The notes below the pieces were generated by a model, which did not search any database, had not been told where the DNA came from, and saw only the letters and a program-made list of their open reading frames with translations. A stretch of 64,000 nucleotides of DNA. Origin: Schmidtea nova. Its lineage: Eukaryota. Positions 21,889-33,235 of this stretch are shown piece by piece; the stretch's first letter is position 1; every line of letters starts with the position of its first letter. A program made the position numbers and the translations under genes. The stretch spans positions 240,622,001 to 240,686,000 of the forward strand of contig CM097882.1 in NCBI GenBank assembly GCA_044892505.1. The letters run 5' to 3'.

Positions 21889-23932
21889 TTAGAAATTGAA
21901 AACTCTGTACGCAATGGCGCCGAAAAGCTTTTACAACTCCACAAAGGCAAACCGCATCGCGTCTGTGTGCGCGACACAAATGTTGGTGTTGTAGTCGGTA
22001 TGCGCAAACAGACGCGAGGATCTTCGAATCGCTGTTGAAAGAAATAACTTTGGAGTTAAAAATAAATCGAATTATTGGATTTATTAAAAACATTTTCTTT
22101 AGCAGTTGTTTTGCTTGGCTGAATTTTTAAATTGGTTTTTGTTGCGGAGTTTTTTAAAATTAAAATTTATATTTAAAAAAGGGCTTTGGGACAGTCACTT
22201 GTTTATCTGTGCTTATTTGGGATTATTGGTTTTGTGTTTTTTAAGGATAATAAAATTATAAAGTCATTTTTAAATTTTGTAAACTGCGTAATTCACCATA
22301 ATGAATGAAATGCTAATTCACACGAGCAACATTATCAACTGGAAAAGCATTAAAATTAATCCACATTTAACATCGACAGATTAAATATTGAAATGCAGTA
22401 TTCAAGTTTTGAAATATTTTCAAGTGGAATGCAACAATCACAAGGATTTGATTCTGGGCGATAGATCGGATTTGAGAGTAATCGTGAAACTATTTCTCAT
22501 TAACAACCATTACGAAGACATTCTGAAGCATTTATCACAAATATTTAAATATTTGGAATGCAATGAATTGGATTCGTTGATTATTTCTATCGCTCCTGAA
22601 ACTATACGCTCTTCAATTTGTATACATGATGTATATTAGATCATATCAACCAAGCATCATTGTGATTTAATTCAACAATTCAGACTTGAAATTTGATGAG
22701 TAACACAATAGTTTAACCCTAATAGCAGAAAATTTGTAGCAGAACATTGATAGCAGAACATCTTTTGTGATGGTTTTTATCTACAAAAGCTTTATATTGT
22801 ATTTAACTATACTACAAGTGCATGCCCTATGCGTAACACACATAACATGAATCGTTCACTCACAGGTCATTTTATCTACTTTGTTTTAAAATAAACCCAT
22901 CATTATAGCAATGTTTTATTGATTTATGTAATTTTTGTCATTATTTTGATCAATCACATAAATTTTACAGTCTTATTGTGTTAAAAATTGATTTTATTTA
23001 CATAAATTTAAAAATTAATTAATTTTACTTAGACAAGAATGTAAAATCATTAAATTTTACACTCGTATCTAACTTAAGTAATATGTATTTAATTAGTTTT
23101 ACAAAAGAATCTATATTAATCTCTTTAAACCTTTAAATAATCATTAAAATTAATATCAAACAAACATACATTTATTTTCGATAAATTAAATTTACAATAG
23201 CATAAATGCTACAGAATTCAATTTTTATCTTCGATATATTTTTAATCTTCTTTGGTTTTACTAATAGTCCTACTATTTTTAACCAATTCTATAAGTTTTC
23301 GCCACTGTCCATTTTCTGGAACCCAGGGGAATATTTCACTTTGGATAATCTAAAATAATAATAATAATAATAAAAATAATGATATATTTAAAAAATAATA
23401 TAACTGTACTGACCACTGAAAATAATTTTCATAATTTGAACCTGAATTATTCATTATTTGTTTTATATACATAACGCCACAATGACATGTGACCACTTCA
23501 TTTCAGACTCAAATAACGAGTAAAACACGCTTTTGAATGCATATTTCTTGCTTGTAGCCTATTTCTGATTCAAAATCCATGAATAGTCGATAGAATTGAA
23601 ATGATATATTTTCTCGGTATCAGACACCAAAATTTGTAAATTTGTTATGACTTTAACATCATTGTCATCTTTTTCTTTTGATAAGAGACTATCAATAAAA
23701 TTTAAAATAAATATTTCTTGATTCATTTCATTAATAAGAGTAAATTTTCAAGTGTTTAAACAAATTTATTCAAGATTTGTATGTGTATTACTCATGAATT
23801 ACAACTTGATTGCATCTCAATTGTAATTTGATTGCATCTCAAGAGCATGGACAACAAATATATTGTAATACAACTCTAAGTCATACAACTACATGTAAAA
23901 AATGTTATTTGAGTAGGCAGTTATGTGCCCTC

Positions 23933-24193
23933 TGACTCATCGTTAAACAAAGACAATGACGTCATCGATGACTCATAACAAAGAACATGAGTCACTCCTA
24001 CCCCCCCACTCCCGCCCATATGACTCATCGATGACTCATCGATGACTCATCAGTATGCCTCATCGATGACTCATCGGTATGCCTCATCGATGACTCATCA
24101 GTATGACTCATCGATGACTCACCAGTATGACTCATCGATGACTCACCGATGACTCATTTCAAATTTGAATTTTATGACGTCATCGATGACTCA
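23933..24193. promoter_or_regulatory. Subterminal array of AP-1-type (TGACTCA) and CRE-type (TGACGTCA) motifs
   Basis: 14 TGACTCA/TGAGTCA heptamers and 2 TGACGTCA octamers counted in about 260 bp. Regulatory function is inferred. Confidence 0.55.
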
Positions 24194-24995
24194 TTTCAAA
24201 TTTTAAATTTGAATTTCCAAAGGTTAAATAAGGTCAAACCGTCAAACAAGGGTATCATTCGAAAGGTCTTTGAGAGGTCTATACAATGGTCATACCCTCG
24301 AAGGTTTATGGAGGGCCATGAACCTTCAAAGGGTCCAAAACCTTCAAATCTTTTTAAACCTTATAATATAGATATCATTCGAAAGGTAATTGAGAGGTAA
24401 GTATGATAGTCATACCCTCGAAGGTCTATTGTGTATGCTCAACCTTCAAGAGTCTTAAACCTTCAAAAATTTTCAAACCTTATAATATACATATCATTCA
24501 AAAGGACTTTTGAAGGTGAGTTCGAAGGTCATACCCTTGAAAGTTCCAAGGTTCAAAAATTTGAAAACCTTATAATATGTATAATATGTATGGTGTGTGT
24601 ATGTAAAATTTATCAATCACTATTTTATAAAATTTCGTACCTAAATTTAAACAAGGACATTGCAATGCAGATTCAACTTAACAAAGACATTGCAAAGTAA
24701 ATGCAACGAGACAAAGACTAATGAAATATAACTTTTAATAAAATTTTTGTACACGGATATCTTGCGTGTGTGTGTGTTTGAGACAAATAAAAGTACGCAT
24801 TGAACGCGCGTTTCACGCGCGTTCTTCTTCCCTTGTTGTTTAAGACAAATAACAGTATGCAATGAGCGCGCGTGGAACGCGCGTTCTTCTGCCCTTGTTG
24901 TTTAAGACAAATAACAAAATTTATGAAAATTCCAACAATCAAAAACTAAAATTTAAATTAATAACATTTATTAAATAACATTTGTAAAATAACAT

Positions 24996-25412
24996 TTATG
25001 CATATCGTGCACTGTCAATTCTCCAAATTGGAGTTATAACATCTTTTGTATCGATTTTATATCCCTGAATGATTATGGTAATAAACCAATTTTCTTGATC
25101 CTTGTATTCGATCGATTGGAAAGCATCATGGAAACGGGTTTTTCGGTTGTTGATCCATATAGTTTCCTTGCAACTTAAATTGTTATTGATTTTGAATAAA
25201 ATTTTATTTAGTGCAACAACATCTTCTTTACTTAGATTTGCAGCTAAACTGTCATACAATGACTTTGTTAATTTCACTGGATATGACAAACGAAACGGTA
25301 TTTCTTGTACCAAGAAATAAATTTTGTAATCGTTATACATTTGTACTGGTTTGACTTCATTATTGATTTTTCTTTCTTCACTAATGTCATAAGTTGATTT
25401 ACGTGCTGGCAT
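24996..25412 (-). CDS. TIR-encoded 138-aa accessory protein
   Basis: Open frame, homologous to 4710-5126; mirror at 40743-41159. Confidence 0.8.
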   Translation of the reverse strand: MPARKSTYDISEERKINNEVKPVQMYNDYKIYFLVQEIPFRLSYPVKLTKSLYDSLAANLSKEDVVALNKILFKINNNLSCKETIWINNRKTRFHDAFQSIEYKDQENWFITIIIQGYKIDTKDVITPIWRIDSARYA

Positions 25413-26015
25413 TTTATAAATTGTGACAACATCTTAAAAAATGTCTTTGTATTTATAGTCACGGATGTATGTCTTTGTCCAATCAGAATCATGCATTTGT
25501 ATTGCACACGTTATGCATGTCTTTGTCACGTGTCTTTGTAACATGTTTTGCTGCATGTATGTAATTGATGCATGTGTGTTTTTAATATTTATTTGTTTAA
25601 TAAATTCATTTTCAAATTATACCTTTAATAAAAATATCTTATTAAAAACAACTATTTAACTAATTAAAACCTTTTAGAGTCAATCTATAATAACCTATTA
25701 AAACATAAATAACACTTTAACTAATAAAAAGAATGTTTAAAGTAAATTTATAATTACTTATTTAAAAACTAAATAACACCTTAATACTCAGCATAACATC
25801 TTTTTAATAAACTTTATTTAGTTATAAAAATTGTTATTAAACTTATATCCCTTGTTAATAATAAAAGTCAAATAAAAAACTAAAAAAAATGACTACTACT
25901 TAAAAACTAATAAAAACTAAAACTAAAAACTAAAATATTTATTAAAATGAGAAATCTAAAAATTACATGAAACTAAAAATGACTGGTTACAAATAAAAAA
26001 CACACACATAAAATG

Positions 26016-26540
26016 TTATTGATTTTCTTGTTGTTCATCAGGAACTCTGTGACATTCGTCACAATCTGGAGATTGCGGCGATTCATCGCATACAATCATT
26101 GAAGTAGTCAGCTCGGGTGTTGAATTGGGCCAAGTTTCTTTCATATCTTCATCTTCCTCCTCAATTGTTTCGAGTTGCGAATCGAATTCTTTGAGGGCGT
26201 TTCGTAGAACCCAAATAAAAAATCGGCGGATCCTCTCAACGCAATTTCCGCATTGATATGCGCAGAGGATATGTTCCGATACGTGGGGCAAATCGTTGTG
26301 GATATTTGCCAGATGGTCCAAAACGATTTGATTGACATCTATGCCAGTCATGATCTGGATCTTGTACGGCAGAATTTCTGGTGCCGTATATGCCAGGGTA
26401 GGCATTAGTTTCGGGAACATTTCTTCTAACTTGGCCAAGACCACGTTCATCAGTTTTCCTGAAAAAATAAATAATATTAAAATTGAAAAAGATTAATTAA
26501 AATCTTTACCATTTTTAATCATAGTTTTTTGTAAGCACAT
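26016..26540 (-). CDS. Two-exon Cys/His acidic-tail accessory gene (intron 26459-26509)
   Basis: Homologue of 3656-4225 with a conserved 51-bp GT-AG intron; MCLQKTMIKN-G-KLMNVV. Confidence 0.75.
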
Positions 26541-26722
26541 GCTGTTTTATAATTCTAAATTATGATTGAATGTTCTTAGTATATATACGATAGAAACACA
26601 CATCATGTACGAAATGAACAACTTTAAACCAATAAGAATCAAGCAGGCAAAACATGTCTTTATTCTATCGATACACACTCGACCAATCAGAATCGTGCAT
26701 TTCCATTGCATCAATATTGCAG

Positions 26723-27189
26723 TCATGAGTCACATGTTAGTATGAAATCAACAAAGGCTTTATCTTCTATAATTGATTTTATATCATTAATAATATTATC
26801 AACTATATTAGCATAGTCTTTGTTTTTTAATCCTAATATGACTACTTTACCACTAGCAAAAATATTGACACACATTGGATTATATTTTGTATATCTTAAA
26901 GCTGGAAATAATTCTGGTTCATAAACACATGGAATCAATTTAGATAACTCATTTAAATTACAAATAAATCTTAAATCTGCAATCACAGTTATCGATTGTA
27001 TTGTTAAATCGTGAAACTTTACTTTTTCATCGCTAATAAATTCCTTGCATCCCATTATTCTATATCTGCCTGCCTTAAAGTATATTATCGGATACTTTCC
27101 ACTTCTATCTACAATTTGCTGTGGTTTCCCAGTTGGAAATATCATATGTGACACATCTGTCTTACCTTGTAATTAATGTTTCTAATCAT
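26723..27189 (-). pseudogene. TBP-like gene, 1-nt deletion near codon 8
   Basis: About 97% identical in nucleotides to 3012-3479; aagggtaag became aaggtaag; the downstream frame is open. Confidence 0.8.
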
Positions 27190-27279
27190 TAATAAAAATA
27201 TTTTTAAATGTAACAACAAAGAGATAATTAATATTTTAATCAATATAAACAATAATAATACTAATAAATAATTACAAAC

Positions 27280-28934
27280 ATGGAATTAAGAAATGATGCA
27301 GTTTACTAAATTGTCGGCCCGAGCGGGAGCGGAAAAACTTTGTTTGTTTGTAAATTATTACAATCTAAATTATTCAAATCAAAGTTTAATAAAATTTATT
27401 GGCATAGGGGCGCTGATGATGAACATGGAATGACTCAAGATCAGTTTTGTAAAATAAAAATGACAATCATAAAAGGTTTCGATAAAAACTGGTCATCTAG
27501 ATTAAGAGAAGGGGATGTGATTATTATTGACGACTTGTATCAAGAAGCAAATAAAGAAAAGGATTTCAATAATTTATTTACGAAAATCGCTAGACACAAG
27601 GGTGTTACAGTTATTTTTATTACTCAGAATTTATTTCATCAGGGCGGTAGTCATCGAATTCGCAATTTAAATGTTCAATATCTTGTTGTTTTTAAAAATC
27701 CTCGAGATGCAACAGTTATTGATTTTCTGGCAAGACAAGCATACCCCTCTAATCAGAATTTCTTAATTGATGCGTTTCAGGATGCTACAAAAGCTCCTCA
27801 TGGATATCTTTTCCTTGATTTCACACAACAATGCAGGGTGGCCGGACAAAATGTCCGCGGACAAAATGTCACGGACAAAATGTCACGGACAAAATGTCAT
27901 GAGGACAAAATGGCACGGGACAAAATTTCCGCGGACAAAATGTCACGGACAAAATGGCACGGACAAAATGTCACGGACTCACAGACAAAAAATTGCGGAA
28001 AAAAATATAAGACAGAAAAACAATGAAAATATTTCAATAATGCATTTATCAAATTTAGTCTAACTTTATTATAATAATTATATGGCACGGACAAAATGTC
28101 CGCGGAAAAAAATCGCGGGAAAAAAACACAGACAAAAAAAATGTGCAGTTAAAATGTAACCATTATTATTCGCCCGGCCGGCTAGTAAAACTTGAACCAA
28201 GCCAGGTTCCAACCAAAGACATTGACTGGGAGACGTCACTGCTTCTTATTTCCGTGTCAACTTAAAATTACTCAACTCTGCAATCTGGTGACAGATTTCT
28301 TGAACGCATTGGCATAAAATTTCTATAACAACGGCTGGGAGGAAAAAGAAAACATACATCCGCGTCAACGAGGCATTGCATGCCATGGTGACCGACTACA
28401 ACAACCGAGATCCAATCACATATTTAGGAGACATTGCACGTGTTTTAAACATTAATGTTGTTTGACTTCATTAGTTATTTTCATTGATAAAAGACTCGAT
28501 TATTTATTTATGTTATTATTATGTTATAAGACTAAGCTATTTTATTAACTGAATATCTAACACTAAATTAATATAGGCTAGATATAATTATTATAATAAA
28601 GTTAGACTAAATTTGATAAATGCATTATTGAAATATTTTCATTGTTTTTCTGTCTTATATTTTTTTCCGCAATTTTTTGTCTGTGAGTCCGTGACATTTT
28701 GTCCGTGCCATTTTGTCCCGTGCCATTTTGTCCTCATGACATTTTGTCCGTGACATTTTGTCCGCGGACATTTTGTCCCGTGCCATTTTGTCCTCATGAC
28801 ATTTTGTCCGTGACATTTTGTCCGTGACATTTTGTCCGCGGACATTTTGTCCTAGCACCCAATGCAGTGATGATTTAAGAGTTAGAACTGATATTTTCAA
28901 CAAGGAAGGAGCCATGGTTTATAAACAAAGTTAA
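27280..28934 (+). pseudogene. Packaging ATPase, disrupted by a TAA at 27307 and by an insertion at 27836-28860
   Basis: Colinear with the intact copy 2299-2922; the empty-site sequence acaacAATGCAgtgat is restored when the insertion is removed. Confidence 0.92.
27836..28860. mobile_element. Non-autonomous foldback-type DNA transposon, 1,025 bp
   Basis: GGGTG..CACCC ends, TIRs 27836-28083 and 28582-28860 built from GGACAAAATGTC repeats, 6-bp TSD AATGCA. Confidence 0.9.
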
Positions 28935-28954
28935 ATATATTTACAGTAGTAATC

Positions 28955-29468
28955 ATGTTAATGAAATCTAGAGTAAAGTTTGAGCGCTTGATAAAGGCTA
29001 GAAAAACAATGAAGAAAACAAAGAAAACAAAGAAATCAGTTCCGAAACCTGTTTCTAAAACTAGTTATACTCCTTCGAAAAAACTAATTATGGATAATTT
29101 TCCCAAACAAAATAAAATTCCCCCTATTTTGAAATCTAATCCTAAACAAATATATCATCGGAGTTTTCCGTTTTTTAATGCATTGCTTAAATCACCCAGT
29201 GTTAGAAGAATGGGTATTCTTCAATCGTTTCCTAATTACGTTATTGATGATTTACTCGCTATTTTAATTAGAGTCGTTAGAGGTAAAATGAATCTAACTC
29301 CATCTAATCATCGTGTTTTGAACAAGCACAAAAAACCATTGTTATCACTTGTCAAAACTTATGCGTAAAATAATATATAAACAACAAGGAGGGTTTATTG
29401 CCGCATTGTTACCCCTAGCTTTATCATTATTAGGTGGTGCTGGTTTATTGGGAAAAAGAAAGTCATAA
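28955..29468 (+). pseudogene. pX-like core protein gene with a 14-bp frameshifting deletion
   Basis: Versus copy 1, aaaac[aaaaaataaaaaac]ttatg is deleted near 29357; the QQGGF tail is still present out of frame. Confidence 0.8.
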
Positions 29469-29523
29469 ACAATGGGTCAATCATTACCTAATTTAAATTT
29501 AAACTTTAAATCTTTTTGTTGTA

Positions 29524-30570
29524 ATGGAGAAGATCTGGACGAACCCAAAAGACGACGCCGGTTTCGGTGGAGTCGAAAAGTTAAGGAAAAAAGCACAGAA
29601 GTCGAAACAACAGACACAAAGCTGGTTATCGGGGAAACTTGCATACAGTCTAAACAAACCGATGCTGAAACGGTTTCCAACTAGGGCATATAAAACGTAT
29701 AGAATCAATGATTTGTGGCAAATGGATTTGATGGAAATGATTCCGTATTCAAAAATTAACAAGGGATACAAGTATATTTTAACATGTATTGATGTTTACA
29801 GTCGATTTGCTCGGGCTATCGCAGTAAAATCTAAATCCGCTAATGATATGGCAATCGCGATCAAAGCAATGATGAAAAAGGATCGTCCAACTAATTTACA
29901 AACCGATTTGGGTAAGCTAATAAATATTTTATAAAATGATAATTATTAATCTAGGTAAGGAATTTTACAACAGTAAAGTCAAGGAAGTTATTAAGGGAAT
30001 CAATCATTACTCGGTATTCTCGCAATTCAAAGCAGCCCATGTCGAGAGATTTAATCGTACATTACGAGATCGGCTCAAAAAGTATTTTGTACATCAAGGT
30101 AATAAAACATGGAATAATGTTTTACCACAAATGATCCATAGTTATAATCATTCTGCTCATCGAGGTATAAATGACAGGAAACCTGCTGAAGTAGTTAATA
30201 CTGAAAATATCGTGAGTAATACAATAACAAAGAAACCCAAATATAAAATTGGTGATCATGTTCGAATTAGTAAAATTAGTGCATCGCCATTCATTAAAAA
30301 TTTTGATAGAAATTGGAGTGATGAGGTATTTAAAATATCCAAGGTCAACACAGTCCAGAATCCTGTCATGTATACTATTTCTGAGTCTGATAACAATGTA
30401 GTCAGTGGGAAATTCTATGAACAAGAATTACAAGTTATACCCCTCCGACAATATTTAGAATTCAAAAAATATTGGAAACTAAAATGGTAGGTAAGGATAA
30501 ACAATACTACGTCAAGTGGCATGGATATAAAGAACCATCATGGATTTCGTCAAAAAACATAGTAAAATGA
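29524..30570 (+). pseudogene. Polinton DDE integrase with C-terminal chromodomain; 43-bp intron 29912-29954; 1-nt frameshift near 30441
   Basis: WQMDL..IDVYSRF, spliced TDLG-KEFYN, HVERFNRTLR; shifted frame gives FRIQKILETK..QYYVKWHGY..SWI (chromodomain), stop at 30568-30570. Confidence 0.9.
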
Positions 30571-31583
30571 ATTTTTACACTCTTTTACCGTGCAATAGTT
30601 GCCCGAATATCCATCCAGATAATACCGCAAGTAAATTCATGGTCAATCTACAAAATCCTATTTATTTACATGGAAATTGGGAAGTTGCTCTATTGGATTT
30701 TACATTTGTTTACCAACCTTTTCCATTTTATAGTCAATGTAAAATTTTTTACAATCAAATAAGAACGACTGTTGCATATGCATTTTTCTCGATATATAAT
30801 GATAGTGGCAAGCTTAATGTTCCAACTCACACTATTGATCCAGATATCGAAATGCGGTATAGAAGTGGCAGAATTCTTCTCACATGTAATTTTCTTCCTT
30901 ATACAATTACATTTAATAATCTTGATGATGCAAAACGAATGGGAAGTAATAAACTAACATTCACATGTAATGAAGAAGAATGTGAATTCAGAGTTTCGCA
31001 AAAAGCTGGTAGTAAAGATGAAGAAGTATTTAATTTCAGTATATCTTATAATAGAGATGAACTACATGTATTCACGTTCAAGAATGACTTGTATATAACG
31101 CATCTAGATGAATTACAGAAATATATTTCCGATAATTGTTCGGATATTTTTACTATTGTTGAATTAAATAAATTGTTCAAATTCAAACTAAAAGAAAATA
31201 TTTCTAATGTGAAATTTGATAAATACCTTGTACATACATTGGGATTAGATAAGGATACATTTAGCGGTAAAAATATCGTTTCTGGTGTTCGTCAACCGAA
31301 AATATCTAAACTTCATCAGCAATTATTCATATATAGTAACATTATCGAACCGATAATTGTTGGAGATTCTTTGGTTCCTTTACTGAAATCGGTATGGATC
31401 GAAAAATACGAGGTAGATGAAATTGTTCAAATACAAATAGAAAATCCAATGTATTTATCGCTTTCGAATTCATGTATAAACAATATAGAAATAAATATCA
31501 GGGATGATAGTGGAAGATTAATAAACTTTCCAAAAGATTCAAAAACTCATTTAACTCTACATTTTCGGAAAAACGATGAGTAA
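30567..31583 (+). CDS. Minor capsid (penton-like) protein
   Basis: MNFYTLLPCNS..HPDNT..F...L.NPIYLHGNWEVAL N-terminus; YSNIIE..IVGD..PLL..INNIEINIRDDSG..LTLHFR C-terminus; ATG overlaps the INT stop (ATGA). Confidence 0.85.
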   Translation: MNFYTLLPCNSCPNIHPDNTASKFMVNLQNPIYLHGNWEVALLDFTFVYQPFPFYSQCKIFYNQIRTTVAYAFFSIYNDSGKLNVPTHTIDPDIEMRYRSGRILLTCNFLPYTITFNNLDDAKRMGSNKLTFTCNEEECEFRVSQKAGSKDEEVFNFSISYNRDELHVFTFKNDLYITHLDELQKYISDNCSDIFTIVELNKLFKFKLKENISNVKFDKYLVHTLGLDKDTFSGKNIVSGVRQPKISKLHQQLFIYSNIIEPIIVGDSLVPLLKSVWIEKYEVDEIVQIQIENPMYLSLSNSCINNIEINIRDDSGRLINFPKDSKTHLTLHFRKNDE

Positions 31584-31956
31584 TCCCGATATAGTTTCTT
31601 TGTACAGTAATAGCCAAACTGGTGGCGAATTACCGTATTTTGTAGGTAAACAGTATGGATCAGGTTGGTTGAAAACTATTGGTAGATTTGCACTTCCAAT
31701 ACTTAAGCGATTAGGTAGTTTTGGATTCAATACTGCCAAGGATGTTATCATGAAGGATAATAAAATATTACCATCATTGAAAACAAATGCTTTAGCCGCA
31801 GTTAACAAAGCAATACCTGCTGTAACACAAATGCTTCCTTCAATTACAAATATGTTTACAAAGAGTGAACCGGAACCTGTACCAGTAGGACCAAGACGTA
31901 AACGAAGACGTATAAACAAACGAATGAAAGGGCATGGAACTATATTTGAAGAATGA
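31576..31956 (+). CDS. Small basic Polinton core-type protein, 126 aa
   Basis: QTGGELPYFVG..QYGSGW....RFALPILK motif typical of Polinton core ORFs; Arg/Lys-rich C-terminus. Confidence 0.7.
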   Translation: MSNPDIVSLYSNSQTGGELPYFVGKQYGSGWLKTIGRFALPILKRLGSFGFNTAKDVIMKDNKILPSLKTNALAAVNKAIPAVTQMLPSITNMFTKSEPEPVPVGPRRKRRRINKRMKGHGTIFEE

Positions 31957-33170
31957 TTTGCGGTAAATCTGAATTATGTATTTTTGATCGACCAAGCCCC
32001 CAAGCAGTTATTGAATATGGGGTGTTTGAAGATGTGTTTCCAATGAATTCTATTACAGATAGTAGAAATGATGTTGAATTTTACATTAATGGTTCACAAA
32101 CCGAATATTTGGATTTGAACGATACATTATTATCCGTTACGGTCAAAGTTGTAGATAAAGATAAAAAACCTTTGGTTGATGCGAGTGATGTAGTACCTAA
32201 TAATTACTTGTTTCATACACTTTTCAAAGATGTAATTCTTGGATTTAATAATATAAAAATCGAGGGTGGAAACAATACTTATGCACACAAGGCAATAATC
32301 GAAACTATTTTAAATTATACGAATGATTCAAAAGAAACTTGTCTTACTCCCATGGGATATGGTGCAAGTGACGATAGAAAAAGGATCAAGGGATCGAAAC
32401 TTTTTAACATGTGTTCATCATTACAACTTGATTTTATGGATCAACCTAAATACTTACTTCCTGGAGTTAATGTACATATTAGATTGAAGCGATCTGATTC
32501 TGCACTATCTTTGAAATCGGCAACTGGGAAACCAATACTTCAATTACTAGATGCTAAATTAATGGTTCGAAGAGTTCGGTGTGAATCTTCAGTTTTGGCA
32601 GGTCATCAAATTGGCTTAAATAGCAAACATGCAATTTATCCGATAAAATCCAAAGAAATCGTATCGTTTGCTATTGGGAAAGGTGCATCATCATTTTACA
32701 AGGAGCAAATATTTGGAGATAGAAGAATGCCTAATTTCATTCTTGTGGCTTTTCAAACAGAAAATCAATATAACGGATCATATGTTGAATCTTCATCTAC
32801 ATTCAAACACTTTAATGTGACTTCATTATCATTGTCGAAAAATACCGATTATCGAGAAACTTATACTCAAGATTTTGAAAATGATAATTTTAGTGCCACA
32901 TATATGCAAAGTCTTGTACGAAATTTAGGATATTTGGATAAAAACTTGGATTGTGGTATAAGTCTGGATGAATTTAAAGCAAAATATCCATTCTTTACAT
33001 TTGTTCTGGCTCCCGATTTCGATTTGAATCAAAGTCAAATCCCTCAAAACGGTAATTTAAAGCTAGATATAAAGTTTGCTAAACCCATTGAGGAACCGGT
33101 TCATGTAATTATATATGGAATGTTTGAAAATGAAGTACAAATTACTGCCAATCGAACAGTATTGGTTTGA
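31953..33170 (+). CDS. Major capsid protein (double jelly roll), 405 aa
   Basis: KSELCIF..P.Q..IE.G, EYLDLNDTLL.V.VKV and LQLDFMDQPKYLLPGV.V.IRLKR motifs of Polinton MCP. Confidence 0.9.
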   Translation: MICGKSELCIFDRPSPQAVIEYGVFEDVFPMNSITDSRNDVEFYINGSQTEYLDLNDTLLSVTVKVVDKDKKPLVDASDVVPNNYLFHTLFKDVILGFNNIKIEGGNNTYAHKAIIETILNYTNDSKETCLTPMGYGASDDRKRIKGSKLFNMCSSLQLDFMDQPKYLLPGVNVHIRLKRSDSALSLKSATGKPILQLLDAKLMVRRVRCESSVLAGHQIGLNSKHAIYPIKSKEIVSFAIGKGASSFYKEQIFGDRRMPNFILVAFQTENQYNGSYVESSSTFKHFNVTSLSLSKNTDYRETYTQDFENDNFSATYMQSLVRNLGYLDKNLDCGISLDEFKAKYPFFTFVLAPDFDLNQSQIPQNGNLKLDIKFAKPIEEPVHVIIYGMFENEVQITANRTVLV

Positions 33171-33235
33171 GCAGTATTGGTTTGAGCAGAGCTCAAACAG
33201 TATAAATAACCAAAGTTATTATTATTATTATTATT

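Larger units (their letters stand above)
23912..25850. repeat. Left TIR (1,939 bp)
   Basis: Reverse complement of 40305-42185; 58 bp longer because of extra GATGACTCATC units. Confidence 0.95.

Noticed and set aside
27767-28915. ORFs rich in DKMSRTK repeats
   Set aside because: Translations of the foldback element's tandem-repeat TIRs.
29472-29684. Conserved 70-aa MGQSL ORF (also 1526-1738)
   Set aside because: It overlaps the integrase 5' end in another frame, so its conservation is explained by integrase; no recognisable motif.
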